A stretch of 64,000 nucleotides of DNA from positions 3,016 through 67,015 of the forward strand of contig JAUPLE010000150.1 in assembly GCA_030837085.1 (NCBI GenBank), in the 5' to 3' direction. Both the position numbers and the translations under genes were made by a program. The notes beneath the pieces are model-generated. The model was given only the letters and a program-made list of their open reading frames with translations. It was not told the DNA's origin and did no database searches. Numbering within the stretch: position 1 is the first letter of the stretch; every line of letters begins with the position of its first letter. Below, piece after piece: positions 39,401 through 47,965 of this stretch. This DNA comes from Acidobacteriota bacterium. Its GTDB lineage: Bacteria > Acidobacteriota > Aminicenantia > UBA2199.

Positions 39401-42162
39401 TTAGTGGGTAATTTCCCTTTATTTTCAATGACCTTCCCTATCAATTCACAAAAGGTGTTTTCACCTTCCCCCAGCACCACTAAGTCAATGTTACTGTCCT
39501 GCAAGATAGCTTCATAATCACTTGTAGCGTAGGGTCCGCCAACAATAATGGGCACATCGATGCCCCATTGTCTCACATTGGCAGCAGTTTTATGGAAAAA
39601 CTGGCGGTAAAAGGTTAAGGTACGGATACCGATCAAATCAGGTTTGAAATCCTCGAGTAGTAATTTCAATTCCCCGTAACTATCAAAATCAATGCGGGAT
39701 TTGGCTATTTTACCGTTAATATTTTCCCCATACTGCTCTTTTAAAACGGTCATGAGATAAATCAATCCCAACGGCGGTTCCACTACATCATAGAGCATAT
39801 TATCGCTCTGATGAGTAAAAAATTGGGATAAATCCAGGAGCAATACTTTCAATGCATTGGCTGCCGGGGCGAGGGAAGGAAAATATTGGCTCAATTTCTT
39901 ATTCATATCGGGGATGGCCACCTTCTCTTCCCCAAGGCACGACGCTGTCCCTAATTCTTGCTTGGAAATATCAATAAATTGCAGCAGATCGTCGAAGGTC
40001 TTAATATCAACCGGTAAATAACTGTTATACTTCTGGATAATTTCATCTTCGGTCAATAGTTTCATCTGGTACGGCAACACATGCAGTAAACGCTCCCGGG
40101 AAATGAAATATTCGTTGAAAAATTCTGCCTGGTACTTCAGGGTAAATGCTTTATTAAAGGGCAACGTATCGGGCAATTCATGATACGCCAGGTCGGAGGA
40201 ATCCACAATAGCCTGCCGGGAAATACCGTTTTCCAGGGCCAACTTTTCCATTTCGGTATTGGGATAAATCTTCAATACATGCACATAGGGAAAGTGGACC
40301 CACTTAAAGCTTTTAATGAATTCCAGGGTCATCATGGCTTCTGCTTCTGTCTCGGTAGGGAAGCCATGAATTGTATTAAGCTCCAAGATAACGTTGGGGT
40401 ATTTTTGGCATATGTACTCTACATTTTGACGGAACCGTTGGAGATTTAATTTCTTACCGATCAGTTCCTGGAGCCTGGCCGAAGCAGTTTCCAGTGCCAA
40501 TGCAATACGAACGGTCCCGGCTCTAACCATTAGGTCGATATACTCCTCGGTTAATATATCCCCTCGCAAACATAAAAAAAGCTGGAGGTCCAGGCCATTT
40601 TCAATAATTAATTCCAAGAATCTTCGGCTATTTTTCTGATTGACATTGAATACATCATCCAGAAAAGTAAACCGTTTTACCCCTATCTTGTAATAAAACT
40701 TCACTTCCTCGAAAAGATATTCTGCGGAATGAGCCTCATGGGTTTTGGGCCAAATTTTGTGGCAGAAGGCGCAATTATAAGGGCAGCCACGAGTTCCTAG
40801 CATAGCGATGTTATGTTTAACGAGGGATTGACCGATATAGCGGTTGTACTTCTCATAATCCACCAAGGATCTGTTCGCACGAGGTAACCGATCCAGGTTT
40901 TTAATCATCGGTCGTTTGGCAGTAATTGATACACTGCGGTCACCGGATTGGAGATTTTGCAATTTAGTAAACATAAACTTCTTTACAGCGTTATTGACTG
41001 TTACCAGGACAGGAGTATTGGCTTCATTCAACATTGTAGTGATCCGTTTCTCCGGGAATGCCGGATTAATCGGTAAATAAGCGCCCCCAGCTTTTAAAAT
41101 ACCCAGTATCCCCACTATCATCTCGATAGACCGATCTACCATGAGCCCCACGATACAATCAGAGGTCACTCCATTTGCTCTTAATTCACTGGCCAATTGG
41201 TTTGCCTTACCGTTTAAACCCAAATAGGTCAACTGCTGATCCTGGTATACAGCCACTACGGCATCCGGAGTTTTGTCCACCTGTTCTTCAAATAACTGGG
41301 GAATTGTCTTATCCCCGAGATACCCTGCAGTTATCGCGTCACCATTATTAAAATCAAAAAGCAATCGCTTCTTTTCCACTTCGGACAAAAACGAGATATT
41401 GGAAACAACCTGTTTTATATCCTTAAGCGCATTCTCGGCCAAATTGATAAAATGGTTCACCAACTGTATGATATAATTTTTGTGGAATAGACTGTTATCG
41501 TACAGGAGATTGCCCTCTATCAGATCTGCCTCCCGCCGGAAGCAAAAGTGGAGTTTTGTGCCCAATCCACTACCGCTGGTTTTACTATGAATATTTTCAA
41601 ATGAACAGAATATCTGAGATAAAGTAGTCCCAGGTTGAAATGAAACACCGCCGAATATATTTTCCATCAGATTATCAAAAGGATAATCCTGGTTTTCATA
41701 AGCATCCAGAAGCGACTTTCGGGTTTTTAGCAGTAAGTCGATGAAGGGAAGGTCCCTGTCAAGGGGAACGCGGATTAACAAGTAACGGTTTACAGTATCA
41801 CGTTTTACATTGAGCCTGTACAGGGGTGACACAACACTGATGTCCCGGCTTCCAGTGTAACGATAAATTAGCAATTTTACAATGGTGAGAAAAAAGATAT
41901 ATAATGAAAGATCGGAATTTTTACTAAATTTTATTAATCGCCGACACAAATCTTCCGGGAAACAAATGCCGGTTTTTCCTATCCCTCCCCGGGACTCGGG
42001 CGCTGGTACATTCCCGTCGACCGGAATCTCCGTTACTTCCATATCAGAAGTCAATGTATTCACCCAATACTCCCTTTGTTTTGCAAATTTGGGACTTGAT
42101 AGTAAAATATTCTCGTCGATCTTCAGAATCTTTTCAAACACCATTTTTTTCTCCTTTCGCAT
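36478..42162 (-). CDS. NRPS module Clobe - A[rSAM-B12 insertion between a2 and a3] - T - C (1894 aa), tail ...EIGFGF
   Basis: A1/A2 LTYLGLNGKANQLA and LKAGGAYLPIN. Then about 515 aa containing GCPYNCAFC plus a B12 Rossmann segment. Then A3 LAYVFFTSGSTGTPKG, A8 GRLDNQVKIRGFRIELGEIE. T FFEIGGHSL. C MHHVISDEISH. Confidence 0.85.
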   Translation of the reverse strand: MRKEKKMVFEKILKIDENILLSSPKFAKQREYWVNTLTSDMEVTEIPVDGNVPAPESRGGIGKTGICFPEDLCRRLIKFSKNSDLSLYIFFLTIVKLLIYRYTGSRDISVVSPLYRLNVKRDTVNRYLLIRVPLDRDLPFIDLLLKTRKSLLDAYENQDYPFDNLMENIFGGVSFQPGTTLSQIFCSFENIHSKTSGSGLGTKLHFCFRREADLIEGNLLYDNSLFHKNYIIQLVNHFINLAENALKDIKQVVSNISFLSEVEKKRLLFDFNNGDAITAGYLGDKTIPQLFEEQVDKTPDAVVAVYQDQQLTYLGLNGKANQLASELRANGVTSDCIVGLMVDRSIEMIVGILGILKAGGAYLPINPAFPEKRITTMLNEANTPVLVTVNNAVKKFMFTKLQNLQSGDRSVSITAKRPMIKNLDRLPRANRSLVDYEKYNRYIGQSLVKHNIAMLGTRGCPYNCAFCHKIWPKTHEAHSAEYLFEEVKFYYKIGVKRFTFLDDVFNVNQKNSRRFLELIIENGLDLQLFLCLRGDILTEEYIDLMVRAGTVRIALALETASARLQELIGKKLNLQRFRQNVEYICQKYPNVILELNTIHGFPTETEAEAMMTLEFIKSFKWVHFPYVHVLKIYPNTEMEKLALENGISRQAIVDSSDLAYHELPDTLPFNKAFTLKYQAEFFNEYFISRERLLHVLPYQMKLLTEDEIIQKYNSYLPVDIKTFDDLLQFIDISKQELGTASCLGEEKVAIPDMNKKLSQYFPSLAPAANALKVLLLDLSQFFTHQSDNMLYDVVEPPLGLIYLMTVLKEQYGENINGKIAKSRIDFDSYGELKLLLEDFKPDLIGIRTLTFYRQFFHKTAANVRQWGIDVPIIVGGPYATSDYEAILQDSNIDLVVLGEGENTFCELIGKVIENKGKLPTKEVLKKVPGLAFLEQCSGSTDVAKSALRKVLLLDAMAVLPAESVPNPLPVNRPSNLAYVFFTSGSTGTPKGVLLEHRNVNNLVHGLRERIYHRYSDNELKVCLVSPFEFDASVKQVFTVLLSGYSLHIVPEDTRLDGFGLLEFYRRYRVDIVDGTPAHMRILSECLEQDVPPPQVKEFVIGGEALSTKLVKQFFTGFGHGGTSITNVYGPTECCDVTTSYTIISGDMKQRDCIPIGKPLVNMRTYILCSGGKLQPPGAPGELHIAGIGVGRGYLNNPDMTGEKFIPNTFTNDQSLTTSDKVYRTGDLVRWLPDGNIEFLGRLDNQVKIRGFRIELGEIESHLLRHKNIKETVVVARTAENGDCYLCAYIVPVMGTEKTFDSMELREYLSGKLPHYMVPSFFVHLDNIPLTRNGKIDKEALPIPDGEIRKQYIGPRNKIEEKLIEMYANVLEREKELIGIHSNFFEIGGHSLRSAILLAKIHKEFHVKMPLADFFKTPTVEALAHYISYSAEDKYLSIYPVEKKEYYSLSSAQKRMYFLQQLSMKSTAYNVPQVFKIQKDLEKKKLEDVFRKLIQRHESLRTSLEIIEDQPRQRVHEFHKIEFEIEDFDISSVEAADAKIKDIMKIFIRSFDLHYPPLLRVGFILTGRKENILMVDMHHVISDEISHYILMDDSMALSRGEELPPLRIQYKDYAEWQNCREQRNALKQQEEYWLTEFKGDMTHLNLATDFQRSNYQNIEGDYVISVIEKNDLGKIRGLERRENVTMFMIVLSLLNVLLFKLSGQEEINIGTVIMGRRHADLEKIVGMFVNTLVMKNFPSENITFREFLGNVKKRAMDAFANQDYQFEELVDKLVITRTGMRNPLFDVFLTFYSRDEKARYSELLVNQKQIDVNIQAKFDLGLVGMEYNNELALILFYRKCLFKKETVKRFIVYLEEIIASVMENNDIYLKDISISSDLGVATSGMVPADEIGFGF
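39328..40875 (-). other. Embedded radical-SAM core followed by a B12-binding Rossmann domain (rSAM then B12 order) inside the A domain
   Basis: rSAM motifs GTRGCPYNCAFCHKIW (CxxxCxxC), GVKRFTFLDDVFN, ALETASARLQELIGKK, IHGFPTETEAEA. Then B12 motifs LLLDLSQ..EPPLGLIYLMTVLK, PIIVGGPYATSDYE, DLVVLGEGENTFCELI. Confidence 0.8.
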
Positions 42163-42231
42163 TTTTCAATGGCTACCCTCTACAAGGTTGTTGGGGAATA
42201 CTTACCCAACGCTGAAAACGGCTGCTTTATA

Positions 42232-45200
42232 TTAATAGTCGAATTCGGCCTCCAATTCAGTTGTGCGCTCCGAAGCAGACTGTACTACATCTACACAGCT
42301 ATAATCGTCACCCCGCATTTTTTTGATAAGCTCCTCTCGATCGGTTTCACTCAGGATGCATATCTCTGAAATTTTTTGCCTTGGATTAACCAGAACAGAA
42401 GAGACAATGGCCTTGAAATATTTGATCAACCGTGATATTGTTTCCGCCCTATATAGTTTGGTGCAGTACTGGAAGGTAAAATATAATTTTTCTCCTCTCT
42501 CGTTGGCAGTGAGAGTCAATTCGAATTTTGTTGTGTTATTCTCAAAGCCGATGATCGGAGCTTTCACTGCGACCTGGGATTGTGAGACTGGCAAAGGTGG
42601 TTCCTGTGGCACAATCTTACTCATATTTTCCATGGCAAAGACCACATCAAATAAGAGGTGGTGGCCGATATCCCTTCCCTGTGCTACTTTCTCTATCAGG
42701 TCTTCAAAACGGTAGTCCTGGTTTTCAAAGGCTTCCAGCGATCGTAACTTCACTTCATCAAGAAAATCGACGAAACGTTTCTCTCCTGAAGGAAAATTTC
42801 GCAGTGCTAACATGTTGACAAACATTCCAATGATCTTTTCCAGATCGGCATGCCCTCGGCCAGCCGTGGCAGTGCCCACAAGGATGTCTTCCTGGTGGGA
42901 AACGTGAAATAACAATATATAATATATGGACAGTAATACCATGAACAAGGTACTTTCTTCTTGCCGTGCCATTTCATTCAACGCCATTGTTATTTCAGCA
43001 TCAAGCTCGAACGCAATAACCCTTCCTTCGAAGCTCTGTAAAAAGGTCCTGGGATAATCAAGGGGCATTTTCAACCGGGGAATTTCTCCAGCTAACTGCT
43101 TTAGCCAGTACTCTTGCTGTCGTTTGAAAGCGTTGGTTTCGGACTGCTGATGTTGCCATTGGGAATAATCTTTATATTGGAGTTTTAAAGGAGGTAATTG
43201 GTTTCCCACATACAATGCGTTGTAATCCTGTTCTAATACCTGTTGAGAAACGCCATCCGATATGATGTGATGCATGTCTACCATCAGGATGTACCCTCCA
43301 TTCTTGGATTTTGTGATTCCCACTCTCAAAAGCGGCACCTGGGATAAATCAAAAGCCCGGACAAAACGTTGGATCCTTTTTCCAGCTTCCCGGGGAGAGT
43401 CCGATGAGTCGTAACCATCATCATATTGTTCTAATTCAATAGCGATGTCGTCGAATATCCGCTGAGCAGGTTCCCCATCGATCAATTCAAAAGAAGTTCT
43501 TAAGCTTTCATGCCTTTGTATTAATTTCTTGAAGGTATTCTTCAATCTATCCTTATCCACCTCACCTTCAAATACCAGGATTTTAGTCAGGTTGTAAGAG
43601 ATACTATCCGGGTTCATTTGCTGGAAGAAGAACAGTCTCTCCTGTGCAGGAGAGAGTGGATAGTATTCTTTCTTCTCCACAGAATCAATCGATAGGTATT
43701 TAGCTTTTTTATCTTTATCATTCCTAGCATCCTTCATTGTTATGTACCCGCTCAATCCCATTAATGTGGGTGTTTTAAATAACTGGACGAGGGGGATTTT
43801 CACGTCAAAGGTCTTGTGAATTTTCGAAATTAAGATGGTGGCTTTTAAGGAATGTCCGCCCAGATCGAAAAAATTGGCATTCAAACTAATGGTATTTTCA
43901 GCTATTCCCAGTACATCCGACCATATCTGTACTAGTTTTCTTTCTACCTCAGTCGTGGGGGGTATATACTCGGCTTTTACTTGTAAAGTCATCTTCCGCA
44001 ATCCTCGGGTGTCTATTTTACCACTGGCAGTGAGAGGCATTTTATCTACCTGGACAATGTAGGTGGGGATCATATAATTGGGCAATTTCGCACCCAGGCA
44101 GTCTCTAATTTCTGATGCCACTTGCAGTCTACTCGATACCACATAAGCACAGAAGTTTTTATCTCCCCTTTCATCTTCTTTTACCAAAACTACAGCCTCT
44201 TTTATATCTTCCATTTCCCGGAGGTGTTTTTCAATCTCCCCCAATTCAATGCGGAATCCCCTTATTTTTACTTGCTGGTCCACACGACCCAGGAATTCAA
44301 TATTCCCATCCGGCAGCCATCGGGCTTGATCTCCGCTTCGGTACATGATCGCTCTTTCTACAAATGGATTAGGTATAAATTTTTCAGCAGTCAACTGAGG
44401 CTGGTTCAAATATCCCCGAGCCACACCTTCTCCTGAAATGCAAAGCTCTCCCTGACCACCGATGGGCACCGGATTGAAATCATTGTCTAGTATATACAAC
44501 CTGTAATTCATCAAAGGTTTTCCAATGGGTATCCGTTGATTCAATGTAATTCCGTCGCATAGATAAAGGGCCGCGTTGATGGTAGTTTCTGTAGGACCGT
44601 ATATATTGAGAATACTCTCTGTTCTAAAAGTCTCTTTTAGCGCGACATAGAGCTCAGGGCTGAAGGTATCACCCCCCACAAACAAGTATTTTATCCAAAT
44701 CTTATCCTTTTCTATATTCTCTAGAAGCACCTTCATGAAGGCGGGAACGATATTCAATATGTTGATTTTGTTATCATGGATAAAGGGCCATAGTTTTAAG
44801 GGATCTTTCTTGACCTCTTCGCTAACCAGGAAAATTTTCGCACCAGTGGTTAGTGCAGAAAACAGATGCATCACCGAAACATCAAAGGTAATGGCTGCCA
44901 GCAGTAGATAATTGAAAGAGGCGTCCAGTTGGAACTTTTTCTTCAGACCTGTCAATTGATTGACTATATTACGGTGTTGGATCAGGGCGCCTTTGGGAAT
45001 ACCTGTGGAGCCGGAGGTGTAAATGATATAAGCAAGGTCATTGGAATTATTAATAGGTTCCGGGTTCTGATTGGATTCCCCATACAGGATGTCCGCAATG
45101 CGATCCGACAAAACCACTTCTCGGCACCTCTGCCGAAGTCTCGACTTTTCATCTTTTTCCAAAAAGGCGATTCCCTGGATATTCTTCAATACCTCGTCAT

Positions 45201-47943
45201 CCGGTAATTTTCCCCCGTTGTTCATGATTGCGGTCATCAACTCCGCCATGGTAATCTCGCCTTCCTCCAAGACAGCAAGATCGATATTAGTATCTTGCAG
45301 CATAATGTCGTAACTGCTGGTCGCGTAAGGTCCACCGGCAATAATAGGCCCATCGAAACCCCATTGACGAATTAAAGCGAGGCTTTTGTGGCAAAAGTTC
45401 CTGAAGTAATTCATACTACGCACGCCAATAATATCGGGTTTGAAATTTTCCACTAGTGCCTTCATCTCGGCATAGTTATCGAAATCTACCTGGGATTTAG
45501 CTATCTTTCCAGTAATCCGTTCCCCAAAGATTTTATTCAAATAGGTCAACAAATACATCAGCCCCAAAGGCGGGTCTACTACATGGTACATCTCCAGTCT
45601 TTCATGTGAAAAATGCTGCGATAGATCCAGTAACAGCAGACGTGTGGAGGAAGGATTATTTTTATGTACGGGGAAATATTGCCTCACTTTTTCATTAAAA
45701 TTTTCTACTTTCCCGTAATCTTCGGGTAAAAACTCCCCTTTGATCTCATCCCTGGCGATGCCGATATAATTAAGCAAGTCTAAAAAAGTTTTGATATCTA
45801 CCGGGAGGTAACTGTTGTACTTTTGAACCAATTCATCTTCTGTTAGCATAGCCATTTGATTGGGCAGCACATTTCGCAATCGTTCTTTGTTCAGAAAAAA
45901 TTCTCCCAGATACTCTGCCTGACATTGGCGAGTAAAACTCTCCGAGAAGGGCAAGGTATAAGGTAGTTCATGGTATCCCAGGTCCATTGATTTCACAATA
46001 GATTCCTCAGAGATGCCGTGCTCCATGGCAAATCGAGCCATGGCGGTGTTGGGGTAAATTTTTAATATGTGCATATAGCCGAAAGGAAGCCAGCGGAAAC
46101 TTTTTATAAATTCCAATGAAGCCCTGGCTTCTTCTTCGGTCTCAGTGGGGAAACCGTGCATAATTTGAACTCCCAGTATAGCCCGTGGATAGTTTTCGAT
46201 AATATATTCGACATTCCTATGCAGCCTTTCGATATTCACATTCTTGCGGATCAATTTTTGCAGCCGGGGGGAGGCGGTCTCCAATGCCAGGTCCATTGTA
46301 ACTGCTCCAGCTTCCATCATGAGGTCGATAAAATCCGGCGTCAGGATATCCCCCCGGATGCCGTTGGGATAGTGCATGTGTATTTTTAATTTGTTTTTGA
46401 TCACCAATTGGTAAAATTTACCGATTTCCTTTTTATTGAAATTAGGCAGGTCATCGGTGAATCCAAATCGCCGAATGCCCATATTGTAATACATATTGAC
46501 TTCCTCGAAAAGGTTCTCGCCTGAGCGCAGCGAGTATTTATCGGGCCAGATTTTAAAACAATAGAGGCATTTAAAAATACATCCCCTACTGAATTGAACT
46601 GTAATGCTGTTTTTAACCATGGATTGTCCGATATAAGGATGATACTTTTCATAATCCACCAATGAACGATTGGGGAACTGCAGTGTATCTAGGTCCATCA
46701 CCTGAGGTCGTTTAGGGGTAACGATTTTTTTACTACATCTTCCTTCAAAATTCTGAAAATTGATATACTTAAATTTACAAATCAGTTCATCTTTGGTTAG
46801 TAATAGAGAGGCACTGCTGTCATCCAGCATAGTGAGGCTTCGTGCTTCTGGCAAATCTGCGCTAATAGGTAGATAAGCCCCCCCGGCTTTTAGAATTGCC
46901 AGTATGCTCACCACCATATCCAAGGAATTATCCATCAGGATGCCTGCAATTTTGTCTGATCCGAGCCCTCTTTTTCTCAACATTCGTGCCAGCCGATTTG
47001 CCATCTCATTTAATTGGTTGTAAGACAGGCATTGAATTCCATCCGTCGCCACAACAGCGATTTTGTGGGGTGTCTTTTCCACCTGCTCTTCAAATAAGAG
47101 ATGAAGGGTTTTCTGATTCGGGTAGTCAGCATCGGTACGATTAAAATGAAACAAAAGTTGATTTCGTTCTTCTTCTGAAAGAAAATTTACAAGGGATAAT
47201 GGGACATTAACCCCAGGCAACGCACGGTTCAATAAATGAATTAAGTTAGAAATAATCCCTTGAATAGTACTTTTCCGATAAACCAGAGGATTGTACTCTA
47301 CCTTCCCTTCAATACTCCCTCCATCTACTCGGAGAAAAGAAAAAATCAAATGAAGGTGGAGATGAAGGCGTTGCAAATATTTTGGCTCATGAATATTTTC
47401 AAGTAGTACCACTGTATCAAATAACCGGAAATCCCCCTCAGCGGCAGGTATATTCAACTGTTCTGCCAAAATCTCCACCGGGAAATTCTGGTGTTCCACT
47501 GCCTCTTGAAGGGTCTCTCTTACTCGCAGCAGGAGATCCTTAAAAGTCATGCCATCACTCAACTGTGCCCTTACAGCCAGGAGTGTATTGATAAACTCGC
47601 GATCAGCTTCCTGCTTATAGATGGGCGTTCCGACAATGATATCGTTTATTCCTGTATATTTATTTAATAATTGCATCAGGCCTGCCAGCAAAAGAATATG
47701 TAGTGTGTAATCATTGCCGCCGCAGATATTCATTATACTGGACGTCAGAGAGTCACTAAATTTAAAATCTACTTCCTCCGGTTCTTTGGGTTGATACCCG
47801 GGGACACTGTGTTTTATCACAAAATCATATGGAAAACTGCTCTTTATCCATTCGCCAGCCAAATGCTTTAACCAATAATTTTTTTCTTTAAGATTCTGAT
47901 TGGCTGCGATCAATTGCTCTTCTGAATAATATATACTTCTCAT
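42232..47943 (-). CDS. NRPS module Clobe - A[rSAM-B12 insertion between a2 and a3] - T - C (1903 aa), tail ...ELEAEFDY; paralog of 36478..42162
   Basis: A1/A2 LSYNQLNEMANRLA and LKAGGAYLPIS. Insertion with SRGCIFKCLYCFKIW and B12 segment. A3 LAYIIYTSGSTGIPKG, YRSGDQARW, GRVDQQVKIRGFRIELGEIE. T FFDLGGHSLKA. C MHHIISDGVSQ. Confidence 0.85.
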   Translation of the reverse strand: MRSIYYSEEQLIAANQNLKEKNYWLKHLAGEWIKSSFPYDFVIKHSVPGYQPKEPEEVDFKFSDSLTSSIMNICGGNDYTLHILLLAGLMQLLNKYTGINDIIVGTPIYKQEADREFINTLLAVRAQLSDGMTFKDLLLRVRETLQEAVEHQNFPVEILAEQLNIPAAEGDFRLFDTVVLLENIHEPKYLQRLHLHLHLIFSFLRVDGGSIEGKVEYNPLVYRKSTIQGIISNLIHLLNRALPGVNVPLSLVNFLSEEERNQLLFHFNRTDADYPNQKTLHLLFEEQVEKTPHKIAVVATDGIQCLSYNQLNEMANRLARMLRKRGLGSDKIAGILMDNSLDMVVSILAILKAGGAYLPISADLPEARSLTMLDDSSASLLLTKDELICKFKYINFQNFEGRCSKKIVTPKRPQVMDLDTLQFPNRSLVDYEKYHPYIGQSMVKNSITVQFSRGCIFKCLYCFKIWPDKYSLRSGENLFEEVNMYYNMGIRRFGFTDDLPNFNKKEIGKFYQLVIKNKLKIHMHYPNGIRGDILTPDFIDLMMEAGAVTMDLALETASPRLQKLIRKNVNIERLHRNVEYIIENYPRAILGVQIMHGFPTETEEEARASLEFIKSFRWLPFGYMHILKIYPNTAMARFAMEHGISEESIVKSMDLGYHELPYTLPFSESFTRQCQAEYLGEFFLNKERLRNVLPNQMAMLTEDELVQKYNSYLPVDIKTFLDLLNYIGIARDEIKGEFLPEDYGKVENFNEKVRQYFPVHKNNPSSTRLLLLDLSQHFSHERLEMYHVVDPPLGLMYLLTYLNKIFGERITGKIAKSQVDFDNYAEMKALVENFKPDIIGVRSMNYFRNFCHKSLALIRQWGFDGPIIAGGPYATSSYDIMLQDTNIDLAVLEEGEITMAELMTAIMNNGGKLPDDEVLKNIQGIAFLEKDEKSRLRQRCREVVLSDRIADILYGESNQNPEPINNSNDLAYIIYTSGSTGIPKGALIQHRNIVNQLTGLKKKFQLDASFNYLLLAAITFDVSVMHLFSALTTGAKIFLVSEEVKKDPLKLWPFIHDNKINILNIVPAFMKVLLENIEKDKIWIKYLFVGGDTFSPELYVALKETFRTESILNIYGPTETTINAALYLCDGITLNQRIPIGKPLMNYRLYILDNDFNPVPIGGQGELCISGEGVARGYLNQPQLTAEKFIPNPFVERAIMYRSGDQARWLPDGNIEFLGRVDQQVKIRGFRIELGEIEKHLREMEDIKEAVVLVKEDERGDKNFCAYVVSSRLQVASEIRDCLGAKLPNYMIPTYIVQVDKMPLTASGKIDTRGLRKMTLQVKAEYIPPTTEVERKLVQIWSDVLGIAENTISLNANFFDLGGHSLKATILISKIHKTFDVKIPLVQLFKTPTLMGLSGYITMKDARNDKDKKAKYLSIDSVEKKEYYPLSPAQERLFFFQQMNPDSISYNLTKILVFEGEVDKDRLKNTFKKLIQRHESLRTSFELIDGEPAQRIFDDIAIELEQYDDGYDSSDSPREAGKRIQRFVRAFDLSQVPLLRVGITKSKNGGYILMVDMHHIISDGVSQQVLEQDYNALYVGNQLPPLKLQYKDYSQWQHQQSETNAFKRQQEYWLKQLAGEIPRLKMPLDYPRTFLQSFEGRVIAFELDAEITMALNEMARQEESTLFMVLLSIYYILLFHVSHQEDILVGTATAGRGHADLEKIIGMFVNMLALRNFPSGEKRFVDFLDEVKLRSLEAFENQDYRFEDLIEKVAQGRDIGHHLLFDVVFAMENMSKIVPQEPPLPVSQSQVAVKAPIIGFENNTTKFELTLTANERGEKLYFTFQYCTKLYRAETISRLIKYFKAIVSSVLVNPRQKISEICILSETDREELIKKMRGDDYSCVDVVQSASERTTELEAEFDY
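45124..46671 (-). other. Embedded radical-SAM core followed by a B12-binding domain inside the A domain
   Basis: CxxxCxxC encoded at 46558-46581 (revcomp gga tgt att ttt aaa tgc ctc tat tgt = GCIFKCLYC). rSAM motifs GIRRFGFTDD, ALETASPRLQKLIRK, MHGFPTETEEEA. B12 motifs LLLLDLSQ..DPPLGLMYLLTYLNK, PIIAGGPYATSSYD, DLAVLEEGEITMAELM. Confidence 0.8.
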
Positions 47944-47965
47944 GGTACGATCTCCTTTTTCTTTT

